Below, piece by piece: positions 6,767 through 17,400 of a stretch of 61,729 bases of DNA (its first letter is position 1; every line of letters begins with the position of its first letter). Source of the DNA: a virus; IMG/VR virus record IMGVR_UViG_3300029821_000004, positions 1-61,729 of that record. One strand, 5' to 3'. A program made the position numbers and the translations under genes. The notes beneath the pieces were generated by a model. It ran no database searches, was not told where the DNA came from, and was given only the letters and a program-made list of their open reading frames with translations.

Positions 6767-9357
6767 TGTATTGTTCCGTTAATAAATTGATAAATCACTG
6801 AATCTTCTACGCCTGAGTTCTTCTCAAACATCCAATATCCATCTGCAATCAAAGTGGATCCTTCCTCGGTTGTGTACCATAGGTCATCATTAGGATCACT
6901 CCATATTGTCCCTGTTAAGTTGCTTGTAAAGCAATCAGAAGCGGAGGTAGCACTATATCCATAATAAGCGTTAGCTGCTCTAGGTGCGTCTGTCGTTCCT
7001 GCACTTGTTGTTCCGGGCTCAGTTGTATCTTCCTCGGTAGTGCCGGAAGCAGTAGTTCCTTCATCCGTAGTCCCTGGAGCAGTAGTTGGTTCCTCAGTAG
7101 TTCCGCTTTCTGTTGTAGGTTCAGGGGTGGTTGGCTCTTCGGTTGTTCCTTCTTCTGTTGTGCCGGAAACTAAGATCCCGTCAGAATCATACAAAGGCAC
7201 TCCACTTGCACCTATTTGAATCCTTCTTTCGACTCCAAAAACATAAGTACCAACTGCATAATAACCCTCTTGTGCGAATGTGGTAAACTCATCATCTGCG
7301 TAGGCAATATAGTTTCCACCCACCAGATTAACATAAAGAGCAACTGTATTGTAGTTATTAGAAAGTATGCGAGTATCTGCATCATTTTGAGCGTATGCAT
7401 CAAAACCATTACAAACAATAGGTTCAGGAGGCGCTATTGTTGTCCCTGGGCTAGTCGTGCCTATTTCTGTCGTACCTTCTTCGGTGGTAGTAAGTTCACT
7501 TACGGGTTCGGTTACAAATGATTTTTGACCACCATAAGCCGTTCCTGCACTATTTATAGCATAAGCTCTAAAGTTGTAAGTAGTATTTGCTTCTAAGAAT
7601 AATATAGTAGCCCCCACTAATCCAAGACCAAAACTCACTCCTACTTTAGTGTCTGCAGTTGTAGGTTCGTCAGAGGTTGAGTAAACTATTCCACTCTCAG
7701 TAACAGGAGAACCGCCCTCACTAGTAACTGCTCCGCTAACCTCTGCCGAATACGCCCCTATATTGGCTGCATCGTAAGTAACAACAGTAGCGTAAGTTTC
7801 TGCATCAGTAGTCCCCTCTTCGCTTGTCCCTTCCTGAGTAGTTCCTATTTCAGTAGTCCCCTCGGAAGTTGTACCTTCGCTTGATGTTCCGTCAGAAGTT
7901 GTTTCATCCTCTATTTCCCCAATCCTTATCGCCCTGATTGTAGAAAAACTATAAGGCTCTCCATAATTAACCAGATACCAACCCGGATCTACAAGGGTGC
8001 TTCCATTTTCTGTTGTGTAATAATTCCCATCGGTAAGGTCGTACCAAAGTGTACCAATAACAGGTCTAGGTTGCCCTACAAGTACCTCCCAAGCATTATA
8101 AGAGGAAATTATTGAATGAGAATAATACTCCTCAGAAACTCTGCCCGGAGCTGCAGTTGTGGTTGGAAGAGGCAAAGTCTCAGCTAAAGACATTAGCATA
8201 AAAACCTCAGGATCGGGGGTAAGAGTCTTTTTTATATCGAAAAGATGAAGCCTATTGTTATAGACAAAAGGTTTGCCTACAACAGACACCCACCCGGAAG
8301 AGTCAACCGGCATAGTTTTTCCGGTAAGAATCTCGTCTCCAAATTTGATTTGATACTTTTCTTCAATGGAATTAATCTCAATCTGGTGGCATTTGTACAT
8401 TAACTCGGAAAGAAACAAAGCCTCGTTAAAGACTACCGGGGCCACTTCGGAGGTTTCTAAAAGAGTGTTGTTAATATCATAATTGAGAGTAATTCCATCC
8501 AAAGTCGCTTTATAATAAGAGATAGGTCTCGAGCAGTAAATATTGACATACTTTAATATATCTGAGAATTGGGCGTAATTTGCAGGTAACCCTATACCTA
8601 AGTACAGCCTTTCCACCTGAATATTCACCCACACATTCTGCCTCATTGAACCGCCCCACTCAACCCTAATCGGAGTTTCATTATACGCTCCCAACTTATA
8701 AAGAGTAGGAGGGGACATTTTTGTTTCTGAACCATCAAAAAGAGTGTAAGAAGAGGAAACTAGAATATAACCTTCGCAAAATTCAAGGTCAAGGTTTCGC
8801 GCCTCATTTATCGCAGCACCTATCTTCTCTTTAAAATCTCTTATTACAGAAGCCTCAAAAGGCACATCAGCATCTATAAGCCCTGTACTGAATTTACTTG
8901 AAGCATTTACCTTAGTATCTCCCTCTTCAAGTTCAAATCTTTGAATAAGAGCCATAGCCGGGAGTCCGTTAAAGAGTAATGAATAAGCCCCTGCCTTGTA
9001 TTGATACACAACTAACTTAGTAGCTTCTGCACAATTAATAATAAGCATATTATTCAAAGTAGAAAGCTCAATATTTACCGAGGGGCAAGAGTGTATTTGA
9101 GTAGGGGTTCCGGTTGTCCTATCCACCTGATAAACCTTATTGCCTATCACGACAATAAGATTATTAAATGAGGATGAAATATGCTCTATGACTCTGGAAT
9201 AAGTCTTATTGGATAGGATGACTCTCTTTCCTCCTATCACCCTGAGACTGCCATTTTCAGACCTTAAATTAATAAGCTCCTCACAGGCTCCCTCAATAGG
9301 GGTTTGGTCAGAGGTATTTCTTATAATACCTTGAAAATTTACTTTTTCTCTTCTCAT
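6763..9357 (-). CDS. Virion-associated multidomain protein with three mucin-like Thr-rich linkers and an Fn3/Ig-like domain
   Basis: 864 aa. Linkers of GTT(E/P/S)x pentads lie at about 7795-7912, 7421-7515 and 6979-7167. The Fn3-like segment ends ...NTTYNFRAYAINSAGTAYGGQKSF. Three small domains share WY..(E)GSTL..G(W)Y. Confidence 0.7.
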   Translation of the reverse strand: MRREKVNFQGIIRNTSDQTPIEGACEELINLRSENGSLRVIGGKRVILSNKTYSRVIEHISSSFNNLIVVIGNKVYQVDRTTGTPTQIHSCPSVNIELSTLNNMLIINCAEATKLVVYQYKAGAYSLLFNGLPAMALIQRFELEEGDTKVNASSKFSTGLIDADVPFEASVIRDFKEKIGAAINEARNLDLEFCEGYILVSSSYTLFDGSETKMSPPTLYKLGAYNETPIRVEWGGSMRQNVWVNIQVERLYLGIGLPANYAQFSDILKYVNIYCSRPISYYKATLDGITLNYDINNTLLETSEVAPVVFNEALFLSELMYKCHQIEINSIEEKYQIKFGDEILTGKTMPVDSSGWVSVVGKPFVYNNRLHLFDIKKTLTPDPEVFMLMSLAETLPLPTTTAAPGRVSEEYYSHSIISSYNAWEVLVGQPRPVIGTLWYDLTDGNYYTTENGSTLVDPGWYLVNYGEPYSFSTIRAIRIGEIEDETTSDGTSSEGTTSEGTTEIGTTQEGTSEEGTTDAETYATVVTYDAANIGAYSAEVSGAVTSEGGSPVTESGIVYSTSDEPTTADTKVGVSFGLGLVGATILFLEANTTYNFRAYAINSAGTAYGGQKSFVTEPVSELTTTEEGTTEIGTTSPGTTIAPPEPIVCNGFDAYAQNDADTRILSNNYNTVALYVNLVGGNYIAYADDEFTTFAQEGYYAVGTYVFGVERRIQIGASGVPLYDSDGILVSGTTEEGTTEEPTTPEPTTESGTTEEPTTAPGTTDEGTTASGTTEEDTTEPGTTSAGTTDAPRAANAYYGYSATSASDCFTSNLTGTIWSDPNDDLWYTTEEGSTLIADGYWMFEKNSGVEDSVIYQFINGTIQ

Positions 9358-9749
9358 TTTCCTGATAATTTTTCGTTTAGATCTTCATAAAAACTCTTTA
9401 CGGGAGATGCTTCTTGATCCCTCTTTTTAAGGTCGTGCAACTTATAGAGTGCATTGATCAAAGGAGGTGCGTCAGTAGCCTTTTCGATGATTATTTCTAA
9501 TCTTCTCATTGCTTTATCGTATAAATCATTAAGACTTGGTATCTCGCTTTGATTAAAGACCTCTGCACACTTATCCTCTTTAAGTAGTTTCTTTACTTGA
9601 TCGAGATACTGAGTTTGCATTTTAGCAAGTCTTTTACAGGGTACGCCCATATCCTTATATAAAGGAACGATCTCACCCCCATAACGAAAGTGTAACAGAA
9701 ACACATAATTGATCATCTGTTGTTCTGTGTATTCAAATTTCCTTGGCAT
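9354..9749 (-). CDS. Hypothetical protein (first gene of the operon)
   Basis: ORF track 9354..9854, with the ATG at 9749 (MPRKFEYTEQQ) preferred. The upstream part is hydrophobic junk lying in the promoter region. Confidence 0.5.
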   Translation of the reverse strand: MPRKFEYTEQQMINYVFLLHFRYGGEIVPLYKDMGVPCKRLAKMQTQYLDQVKKLLKEDKCAEVFNQSEIPSLNDLYDKAMRRLEIIIEKATDAPPLINALYKLHDLKKRDQEASPVKSFYEDLNEKLSGK

Positions 9750-9768
9750 AAAAGTTAAATAATTGATA

Positions 9769-9782
9769 TTGACAAATGTCAA
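9769..9782. promoter_or_regulatory. Palindrome TTGACA-AA-TGTCAA in divergent late promoter region A
   Basis: Read directly. A similar TTGAC-ATAA-GTCAA lies at 32911-32924. Confidence 0.35.
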
Positions 9783-9800
9783 TGTAAGTTTTAGATAAAA

Positions 9801-9817
9801 CTCCACAGATTGTGGAA
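9801..9817. promoter_or_regulatory. Conserved near-palindromic motif CTCCACAGATTGTGGAA (core TCCACA-N3-TGTGGA)
   Basis: It matches 32852-32868 except for one base and shares an AAA 5' flank. It is centred between divergent start codons 9749 and 9871. Confidence 0.5.
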
Positions 9818-9870
9818 TTAATAATATGGTTATCCGTACTATTGTACAGTACACACTAAATTAGGATGAG

Positions 9871-10479
9871 ATGTTGACAGCAGCGATAATAGCAGGATTA
9901 GCCTCTGCAGCCGTTTCAGGGCTTGGGGCGTATAAATCTGCACAAGCAAACAAAAGAAATCAGGGGCTACTTAATAATATGGGAGACGAATACAAGTCTG
10001 ACTATATGAAAGAGTATTATCGGGGAACTTTAGAAAACCCCGGATCTAAGGCGTATCTAAAAAGACTCGACCAACAGCTTCGGGACAGAACTAAGGCGAC
10101 TGAAAATACAGCAGCAGCTACCGGAGCTACACAAGAGAATGTTCTTGCAGCAAAACAAGCCAACAATGAGGTTATGTCAAATGCAGTCGGAGACCTTGTT
10201 CAGAACGAAGATTATCGCAAACAGAACATCAAAGAGAGATATTTCCAAAGAAAAGCAGGGTTGGATCAGGCACAAATGGGTATTAACTCCCAACAAGGGC
10301 AGAATTGGGCTACACTAGCCTCTAATATTGCCGGTGCAGGAAGCTCTTTGGCGAATGTTTATTTACAATCCGGGCAAGGGTTTATTCCCAAAGCACCAAA
10401 TCAAGGAGAGATAATCCAAAACCAACTCGGCAGAATAGGAACAGAGACTAAGTTTAAGACTCCGGCAAAAAAATATTAA
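9871..10479 (+). CDS. Hypothetical protein, putative internal virion protein
   Basis: 202 aa with a Gly/Ala-rich hydrophobic N-terminus and a Q/N-rich body. It is the first gene of the operon carrying the giant ORF and the portal. Confidence 0.5.
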   Translation: MLTAAIIAGLASAAVSGLGAYKSAQANKRNQGLLNNMGDEYKSDYMKEYYRGTLENPGSKAYLKRLDQQLRDRTKATENTAAATGATQENVLAAKQANNEVMSNAVGDLVQNEDYRKQNIKERYFQRKAGLDQAQMGINSQQGQNWATLASNIAGAGSSLANVYLQSGQGFIPKAPNQGEIIQNQLGRIGTETKFKTPAKKY

Positions 10480-10480
10480 T

Positions 10481-11464
10481 ATGGCAAAGCAAGAGAATAA
10501 ACTAAGGACAACAGTTGCTAAGACTGTCAACCCTAATCCTCTCCCAGAGGTGCAGCAAATACAGCCTGACACCACTCCTTTTGTATATACACCCGGGACA
10601 AGTGTTTTAGATATCATTAAGCAAGGCAAAAGACAAGAAGAGGTATATCAAGCGCAAGAGGTAGATCTTAAAAAACAAGCCAAGCTAAACGCTTATATGG
10701 ACTTCTTTAAATCTTTAGGAGGTCTGGCCGGTGGTGGTTGGGCCAATGTACAACAATACCAACCTTCCCCTTACTTAACTCAGGCCTTTGGGAAGATTGA
10801 CCAACTAAGACAAGACAAGCAGACTTCTCAGCAATATTATGATGAAATGGCCCGTAGAGGTCAAAAAGAAGATTATAACACCCAATTATCAGCCTATAAT
10901 CGTTCTCAGGATAAGAATTTCCAGATACAGAAAGCAAATACTGACGCTCTAAACAGAAGGAACCTCGAACAATATAAAATGGGAGCAGAGAAAGTTACTA
11001 CCATAGACGATCCATTAGCAGAAAAAAGAGCCGAAACATCCGCTTTTAACGCACAAACCGCAAGGATAAGAGCAGAGAAGGGGCCACAATCACAAAATAA
11101 AGCTGAAAAGAAAGAGGCCGAAGAGAAGGAAGTCATTTATACTTTAAATAAACCGGAAGGTTCTACTCAAATAACCAAAGAGAGAGCGACCAAGTTAGTT
11201 GAGAGAGTTGAGAAAGACCTTAAAGACAACACTAAAATCTTATCTCCGGAAGAAGAACAAATCAGAGAGGCGTTAAAAGATGCTAAACTTGATAAGAAAG
11301 CACTTATAAAAGCTATTGACCTGATTAGGAAATACGATAAGACGGGTAAGTATAAAGGATATTGGATTGAGCAGAAGAAAGAAGATACTGCCCCGAAATC
11401 TTTTTTACCACAAAGCCCCAAAACTCAGTCAAACACCCCTAAGAAATCACTATTACCAAAATGA
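10481..11464 (+). CDS. Hypothetical Lys/Glu/Gln-rich protein, putative internal virion protein
   Basis: 327 aa. ATGA overlap with the giant ORF start. Confidence 0.5.
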   Translation: MAKQENKLRTTVAKTVNPNPLPEVQQIQPDTTPFVYTPGTSVLDIIKQGKRQEEVYQAQEVDLKKQAKLNAYMDFFKSLGGLAGGGWANVQQYQPSPYLTQAFGKIDQLRQDKQTSQQYYDEMARRGQKEDYNTQLSAYNRSQDKNFQIQKANTDALNRRNLEQYKMGAEKVTTIDDPLAEKRAETSAFNAQTARIRAEKGPQSQNKAEKKEAEEKEVIYTLNKPEGSTQITKERATKLVERVEKDLKDNTKILSPEEEQIREALKDAKLDKKALIKAIDLIRKYDKTGKYKGYWIEQKKEDTAPKSFLPQSPKTQSNTPKKSLLPK

Positions 11465-14400
11465 TAGACAACAATAAAAGAGGACAGCTCTACGATAATC
11501 TCATAGGTACGGGTAGGGTAAATCAGGAGCAGATAGGAACCAAAGATGAGTTTCTTTCTGCAATAGGTGATCGTGTGAAGGCTTCTGAGTTTCACAAAAA
11601 CTTACTTACTGTCTTTGATAAAGAAGAGGTCGGAGATGAACTTTCTTTCCTTGCATCCATAGAAGAGGATTTTATGCCAAATGATCCGGTTAATAAGTTT
11701 ATGGCTAAACAACCTCAGGGAGTAGTGGGAGCAATGAAAACAAAGATGGGAGAGCCAAGAATGAAAGACGGCCTTCCTGTTCAGGAGTCTATCCCCTTAG
11801 AAGTAGATGAGCCGGACCAAACTGATTACCCCACACCACAATCTTTGCCCGAAATTGACAACCAGATTGAACAATTAAGCCAAGAGGATAAGGGTTTTAT
11901 TAATATCTATCGTGATGTAAAAAAGAAAAAAGAGGGCGATTATCAGGAAATGGCAGCTCTTGGCCGGGAAGGTAAGTCTATGAACCTCTTTAACGTGATT
12001 ACCAAACCCAAACTCTCAAAAGAGGAAGAGGCCTTTTATACAGAAAACAGAGAAAGAGGCGACCAGATGCTTGACAGAGAAAAAGCTCTGTACCTACAAA
12101 AAGACTTTTTAAGACTAAAAGAGAACCTCGAAAAGTACGATAGTAAAGATAGTGGACTAAAGACTTTCTGGAAGGGACTCACACAAACAGGACTTTTAAA
12201 AGATTTCCTCTCATTAGGCCAAGTGGAACTACAAAGAAACCTCGATGTAATGGGAGTCTTTAATAAGGCCGTAGAAGAGCCTGAAAAACTCACTAAGGAG
12301 GAAGAAAGGCTACTCACTTTATATAAAGAGTGGGATAACGCTTCTAAACAAAAAACAGATTTCTGGTACACAGCCGGGCAATCTTCTCAGATTATGGGAG
12401 AGTTTATTGCAAATATGGTTGGTGCTAATATAGCTGCAGGAGGATTAAGGGCCGGAATGAGGTCTGCCTTTAATGTAGCAACAAAGGAGTTTCTTAAAGG
12501 GGCGGGGAAAAAGGTTATTGCAGCCAATATTGGCAAAAAATTAGGTGAAGCAGCTATCTTTAATGTGATGGCTCTTCCTTCCCGGACTACATTTTATAAA
12601 GAGTTTACCGGCAAATCGCTTGAAGGGTACGGAAAGAATCAGTACGGGGAATACGAAAATACCGGCTCAATAGGAAAAGACCTTTACGAATCTTCCATTA
12701 GAACTTTTATGGAATATTTTGCTGAGGAATATTCTACCTCAGTTTCCGGTGGTTATGCTACCAACCTTTTAAAAAGTAAAGCAGGAAATAAATTACTTGG
12801 GAACACCTTTGAAAAACTAAGTAAAATAACCGACAATCCGGCCTTTAATCAGGTTACTAAGGTAATGAATTACGCCAATATAGGCAATGTGCCTGAGGAG
12901 ATGTTTGAGGAAGTTCTAACCCAAGCAGGGAATGGACTCTTTTTATGGAGTAAAGACGATATCGCCCAATTAGCGGATCCTGATTTTTACAAATCTATTG
13001 CAGTAAGTGTTATTGCTCTGCAGGGGGCAATTACCGGAACACAATTAGTTGCCGGTGGAGTAGGGAATAAGATTGAAAAGAACAGAATAAACAGACAAGC
13101 CACAAGGTCGATAAATGAACTGAATACCTTAAATGTTACAGACGAATCCCTGATAAATCAGATATCACTTTTATCGGAAGATCTACAAAAAGGCGAGTTT
13201 GCAGATACCGAGGGAAGAATAGAGTTGGGACCAATCTTAACTAAGTTAGAAGATATACGAAACAACCCACAAGTAACAAGCGAAGTTTTAGCTGCATCTA
13301 CCAAAGCAGTTATGGATAACGCAAGGAAATACGGAACCTATACAGGAATTGAAGCTATGGCCGTAGAATCTATTGGGGAGTTTTCACATAAAAGAACCGG
13401 GAATGTTATTATAGCAAAACGAGGGGAGGAAACATTTTATATTTTAGATGAGCTCCCTCAGGAAGAAGGCAGGGCTATTATGGTAGCCAGACCACTTGAA
13501 GGAGGCGAATCTGTTTCAATAAATTCAATAGAGTTTGACGACTTTCAGGTTGTACCTAAACAGGAGTTTTTAGAATCTTGGTTACAAGGTAGAGAAATAA
13601 TCGAACCGGCTATTGCAGAACAAGAACAAGAGGAAGCTATTGTACAAGAATCTTTGCAAGAAAACCCTGTAATCGAACCACAGATAGGAAATGGATACCT
13701 TTTAGCTGGGGAGCCTGTAAGTGTAATTGATATTTCCGATGAAGGAATAGGAGTACAAGACAGAGAAGGAGGAATGCACATAGTTGACATTTCCGAACTG
13801 ACCGAGATACCTCAATTAGCTAAACAAGTAGCAGAGCAGCAAGTACAAGTACAGGAACAGCCACAAGTACCTATTGACGAAAAAGGAGTAATAGACTACT
13901 CTCAAATAACCTCTCCCGAACTTTACGCACAAGCCTTAAATGACGAATTTGGGGAAGAATCTATCACTATGATAGACGAACTTATAGCCGAGCAGCAAGA
14001 CCTTCTAAAAAAGGCTGAAAAGGGCTCTACAATCGAAAGAAAAAGAAGCGAGAGAATAATCAATGCCGAGATTGAGAAACTTAATCAGGTGAGAGGTATT
14101 CTTGTTCCGCAAGAGGCGGAAGCACCGATTGAGAAAGTGCCTATAAATATTGAATCGGAAGTAGTTGAAGATTTACCAGAGGTAGAACAAAAACCCGTAC
14201 AAGAAGAACTCCCGGAGATAACTAAGAAACCTTTATCTGAAACAGAAAGACGAAACAAACTCGTTGATGATGTTCGCGCCTACAATAAACTATCCTCTGC
14301 CAAGAAAAAGAAATTTAACCAAGTAGGACTTTTAAGAACTACAAATGAGTTGGGGTTTGTATTTGGTTACGATAAGGGCGGAAACATAACTATCAAGACC

Positions 14401-17400
14401 AAAGAAGGAAAAACAGTAACCAAGGTCGCTGATAAACAAAGCAAGGAACAGACAGAATCTCACAAAGGGCTCTCGGACTATTCAGACGAGATGCAGCAAG
14501 TAATGTTACTATTCTTGAATAACCCCGAATCTTTAGTAGGATTAAGCGGAATAGGTAAAGCACAAACAGAACAAGGGATTAAGAATATACTTGCAGCAAA
14601 AAAGACAGTAGCTGCCAATGCTTTACTTGACCAATTAGAGAGTGATATTCAGTTTGGTTGGGTTACAGTTAATGATTATAAAACAGGACAAAAAGCAGAT
14701 GTGGAGATTGGCGAATATTTGCTTTTATTTGTATCGGAAATTGAGGCGATAAACGAAGATGCTACCGAACTTAATGACCTCCCGGACTTTGAAGCTATGG
14801 ATGCTTTGGAGGATATGCCAGAAGATATTTTTGGCGTATATGAAGATATGCCAGACTTTGAAGAAGAAATAATAAATACACAAAATAATGAACAAGCAAG
14901 AGAGATTACAGAGAATCAAGACGAATCTCAAGCTGATGTTCCTATTCAAATGCAAGGAGAAGGGGATATCGCCAGAGGTGAGCAACCTGACACCGGAATT
15001 GAGGCAGGAGATGAAGCAAGAGTACCGCAACAGACGAGGCAGATAACACCTCAGTCTATTGAGATTGAAAAACTACAAAAAGACCGGGAAGCTGCAATCG
15101 CAGAGAAAAACCGGCTAATAAAAAACAATGTTGACAGAGTAGGTTTATTTGGGGACACCAAAATAGATCCTAACGACCTATTTGAAGGGGCAGGGTTTGA
15201 TCCCACCGCTTCTCAACCTCTTATTGATAAGCAAACCGAAGTCATAAAAGAGATTGACCGCAAGATTGAAGTCTTAAAAAAGAACGAAGCAGCCGGTATT
15301 GAGGAAGCTAAGGGGCAGCAGTCTATTGAGGATAAACTTGCCGAAGAAGAAGCTAAAGTAAACCTTAATCCGAGTGAGGGGCAAAAGGAAGCGGGTAACT
15401 ATAAAAAAGGACATATCACTATCCAAGGTTTTGATTTGACTATTGAGAACCCAAAAGGCTCTCAAAGGTCTGGCGTTGATGAATCAGGTCGTGAATGGAG
15501 TCAAATCCTAAATAATACCTACGGATATATCTTAGGCACAACAGGAAAAGACGGAGGGCATATTGATGTGTTCTTAGGGGATAACCTTGAATCAGACCGA
15601 GTGTTTGTAGTTGACCAGATAAACAAAGATAAATCATTTGATGAACATAAAGTAATGTTAGGCTTCGATACTATTATTGAAGCAGAACAGGCCTATCTCT
15701 CCAACTATGAAGAAGGATGGCAGGGGTTAGGCAATATCACTCAGGTTCCTATTGAAGATTTTCGGAAGTGGACTGAATCAGGAACAAGAAAAATTAAGCC
15801 TTTTGCGGAATATAAACAAGTAAAAGACCAACCAAAAGCGGAAGAGGTACAACCCGAGCAGGGAGAGGTTGAGGATGCACCTGAACGCTCTGTAAGTAGC
15901 AATAGGGTAAAGGCAGTAGAAACTGAAGAAGGGGAAATAGCCATAGTAGATAATTCTATTCAACCCGATATAGACAATAAGGCGGGGGAGATAGGAGAAG
16001 AAATGTCGGAAGCAGATATAAAAGAGGGAGAAGAAACCCTTAGTAAGATGCAAGACTTTGGCCAAAAAATTGGTATGGCAAGAAAAGATACTGCCGAAAG
16101 AGGGTTTACTCTTAAAAGAGGAAAAGGGGAAAAAGAAGCTCCGGGATGGTCGAAAAAGTACAAAATATTCAAGCAGGAGAAAGGCACATCATATTCAGAT
16201 TGGAACACGATAGAGGGTAAGTATTCTGTGAACATTGTTAGTGGTAATTTCTTCAAGACACTACAAAAGAACTTTAACACAGAGGAAGAAGCTATGGCAG
16301 CTATCCCAATGATAGAGGTATCGAGAAATCATAGAGTTTACCAATCAAAAAAAGAAGATGAATATTCAATATATCGAAAATGGAGTAGTGGTAAGTTGTG
16401 GGAGATAAAAAAAGGATTTAAAAGCAGGGAAGAGGCGTTAATGTATATGGCAAAAAACGCTGAGGAGATTATTGGCTACAAAGTTGGTAGAGTAGAAAGG
16501 CCACATTTAGATAAGATAGAAAGAGAGGGAGTTGAAAGAAGAAAGGGCAATGTTACTCCTGAGCAGTTTATGGAAACCTTCGGGTTTAGGGGAGGCGAAT
16601 TTGGGAATTGGGTAGCAGCAGACGAAAGACAGTCGATGCTTAATTTCGCTTTTGACGCTCTCTTAGATATGGCTGATATAATCGGGGTATCTCCAAGAGC
16701 CTTATCATTAGGGGGTAGGTTAGCTATTGGTTTTGGCAGTAGGGGACAAGGGCTATCTGGAGCAGCAGCGCATTTTGAGCCAGAAAGAGGGGTTATTAAC
16801 CTTACTAAAATAAGTGGGGCCGGATCTCTTGCTCACGAGTGGTTTCACGCTTTTGATTCATATTTTGGTGTAGTTGGTAGAAAGGGATTTATTCCCAATC
16901 AAGAGGGAGTTATGCCTGAGCCTTCTCGTGAAAGAGATTATTTAAGTGGGGACTATAACTCTAATCCTTATGTGCGCAAAGAGGTTAAAGATGCTTGGAG
17001 GCAAGTGTGGGAGACAATGAGGTATAAAAAAGAGTTGTCTGAGTATGATATGACTCGACTACAAAGACAATATGATTCAGCAATAAATTCTTTAAATAGC
17101 TCACTAAAGACAGCAAGAGCTTGGATGGAAAGAGATAGGACTTATGGACTGAGAAAAAAAGCAGCAACGCCTGAGCAATTAGCAAAATGGGATAGTCTCG
17201 CAGAAAAGGCGAATAAGTTTGAATTTGGTAAGGTGCAACCTAAAAAAACCAAGAAAAAATACTCATTTGAGAATGAATATCAACTCCAAAGAGAACTACA
17301 AGATCTATATAAAGAAGTTACCGGCAGAGAGAGCGGACAGCTCGAATACGGAGAATTTAGAAATATAGAACTAAATAGAGAACTTATCCAAAAAGCAGAG

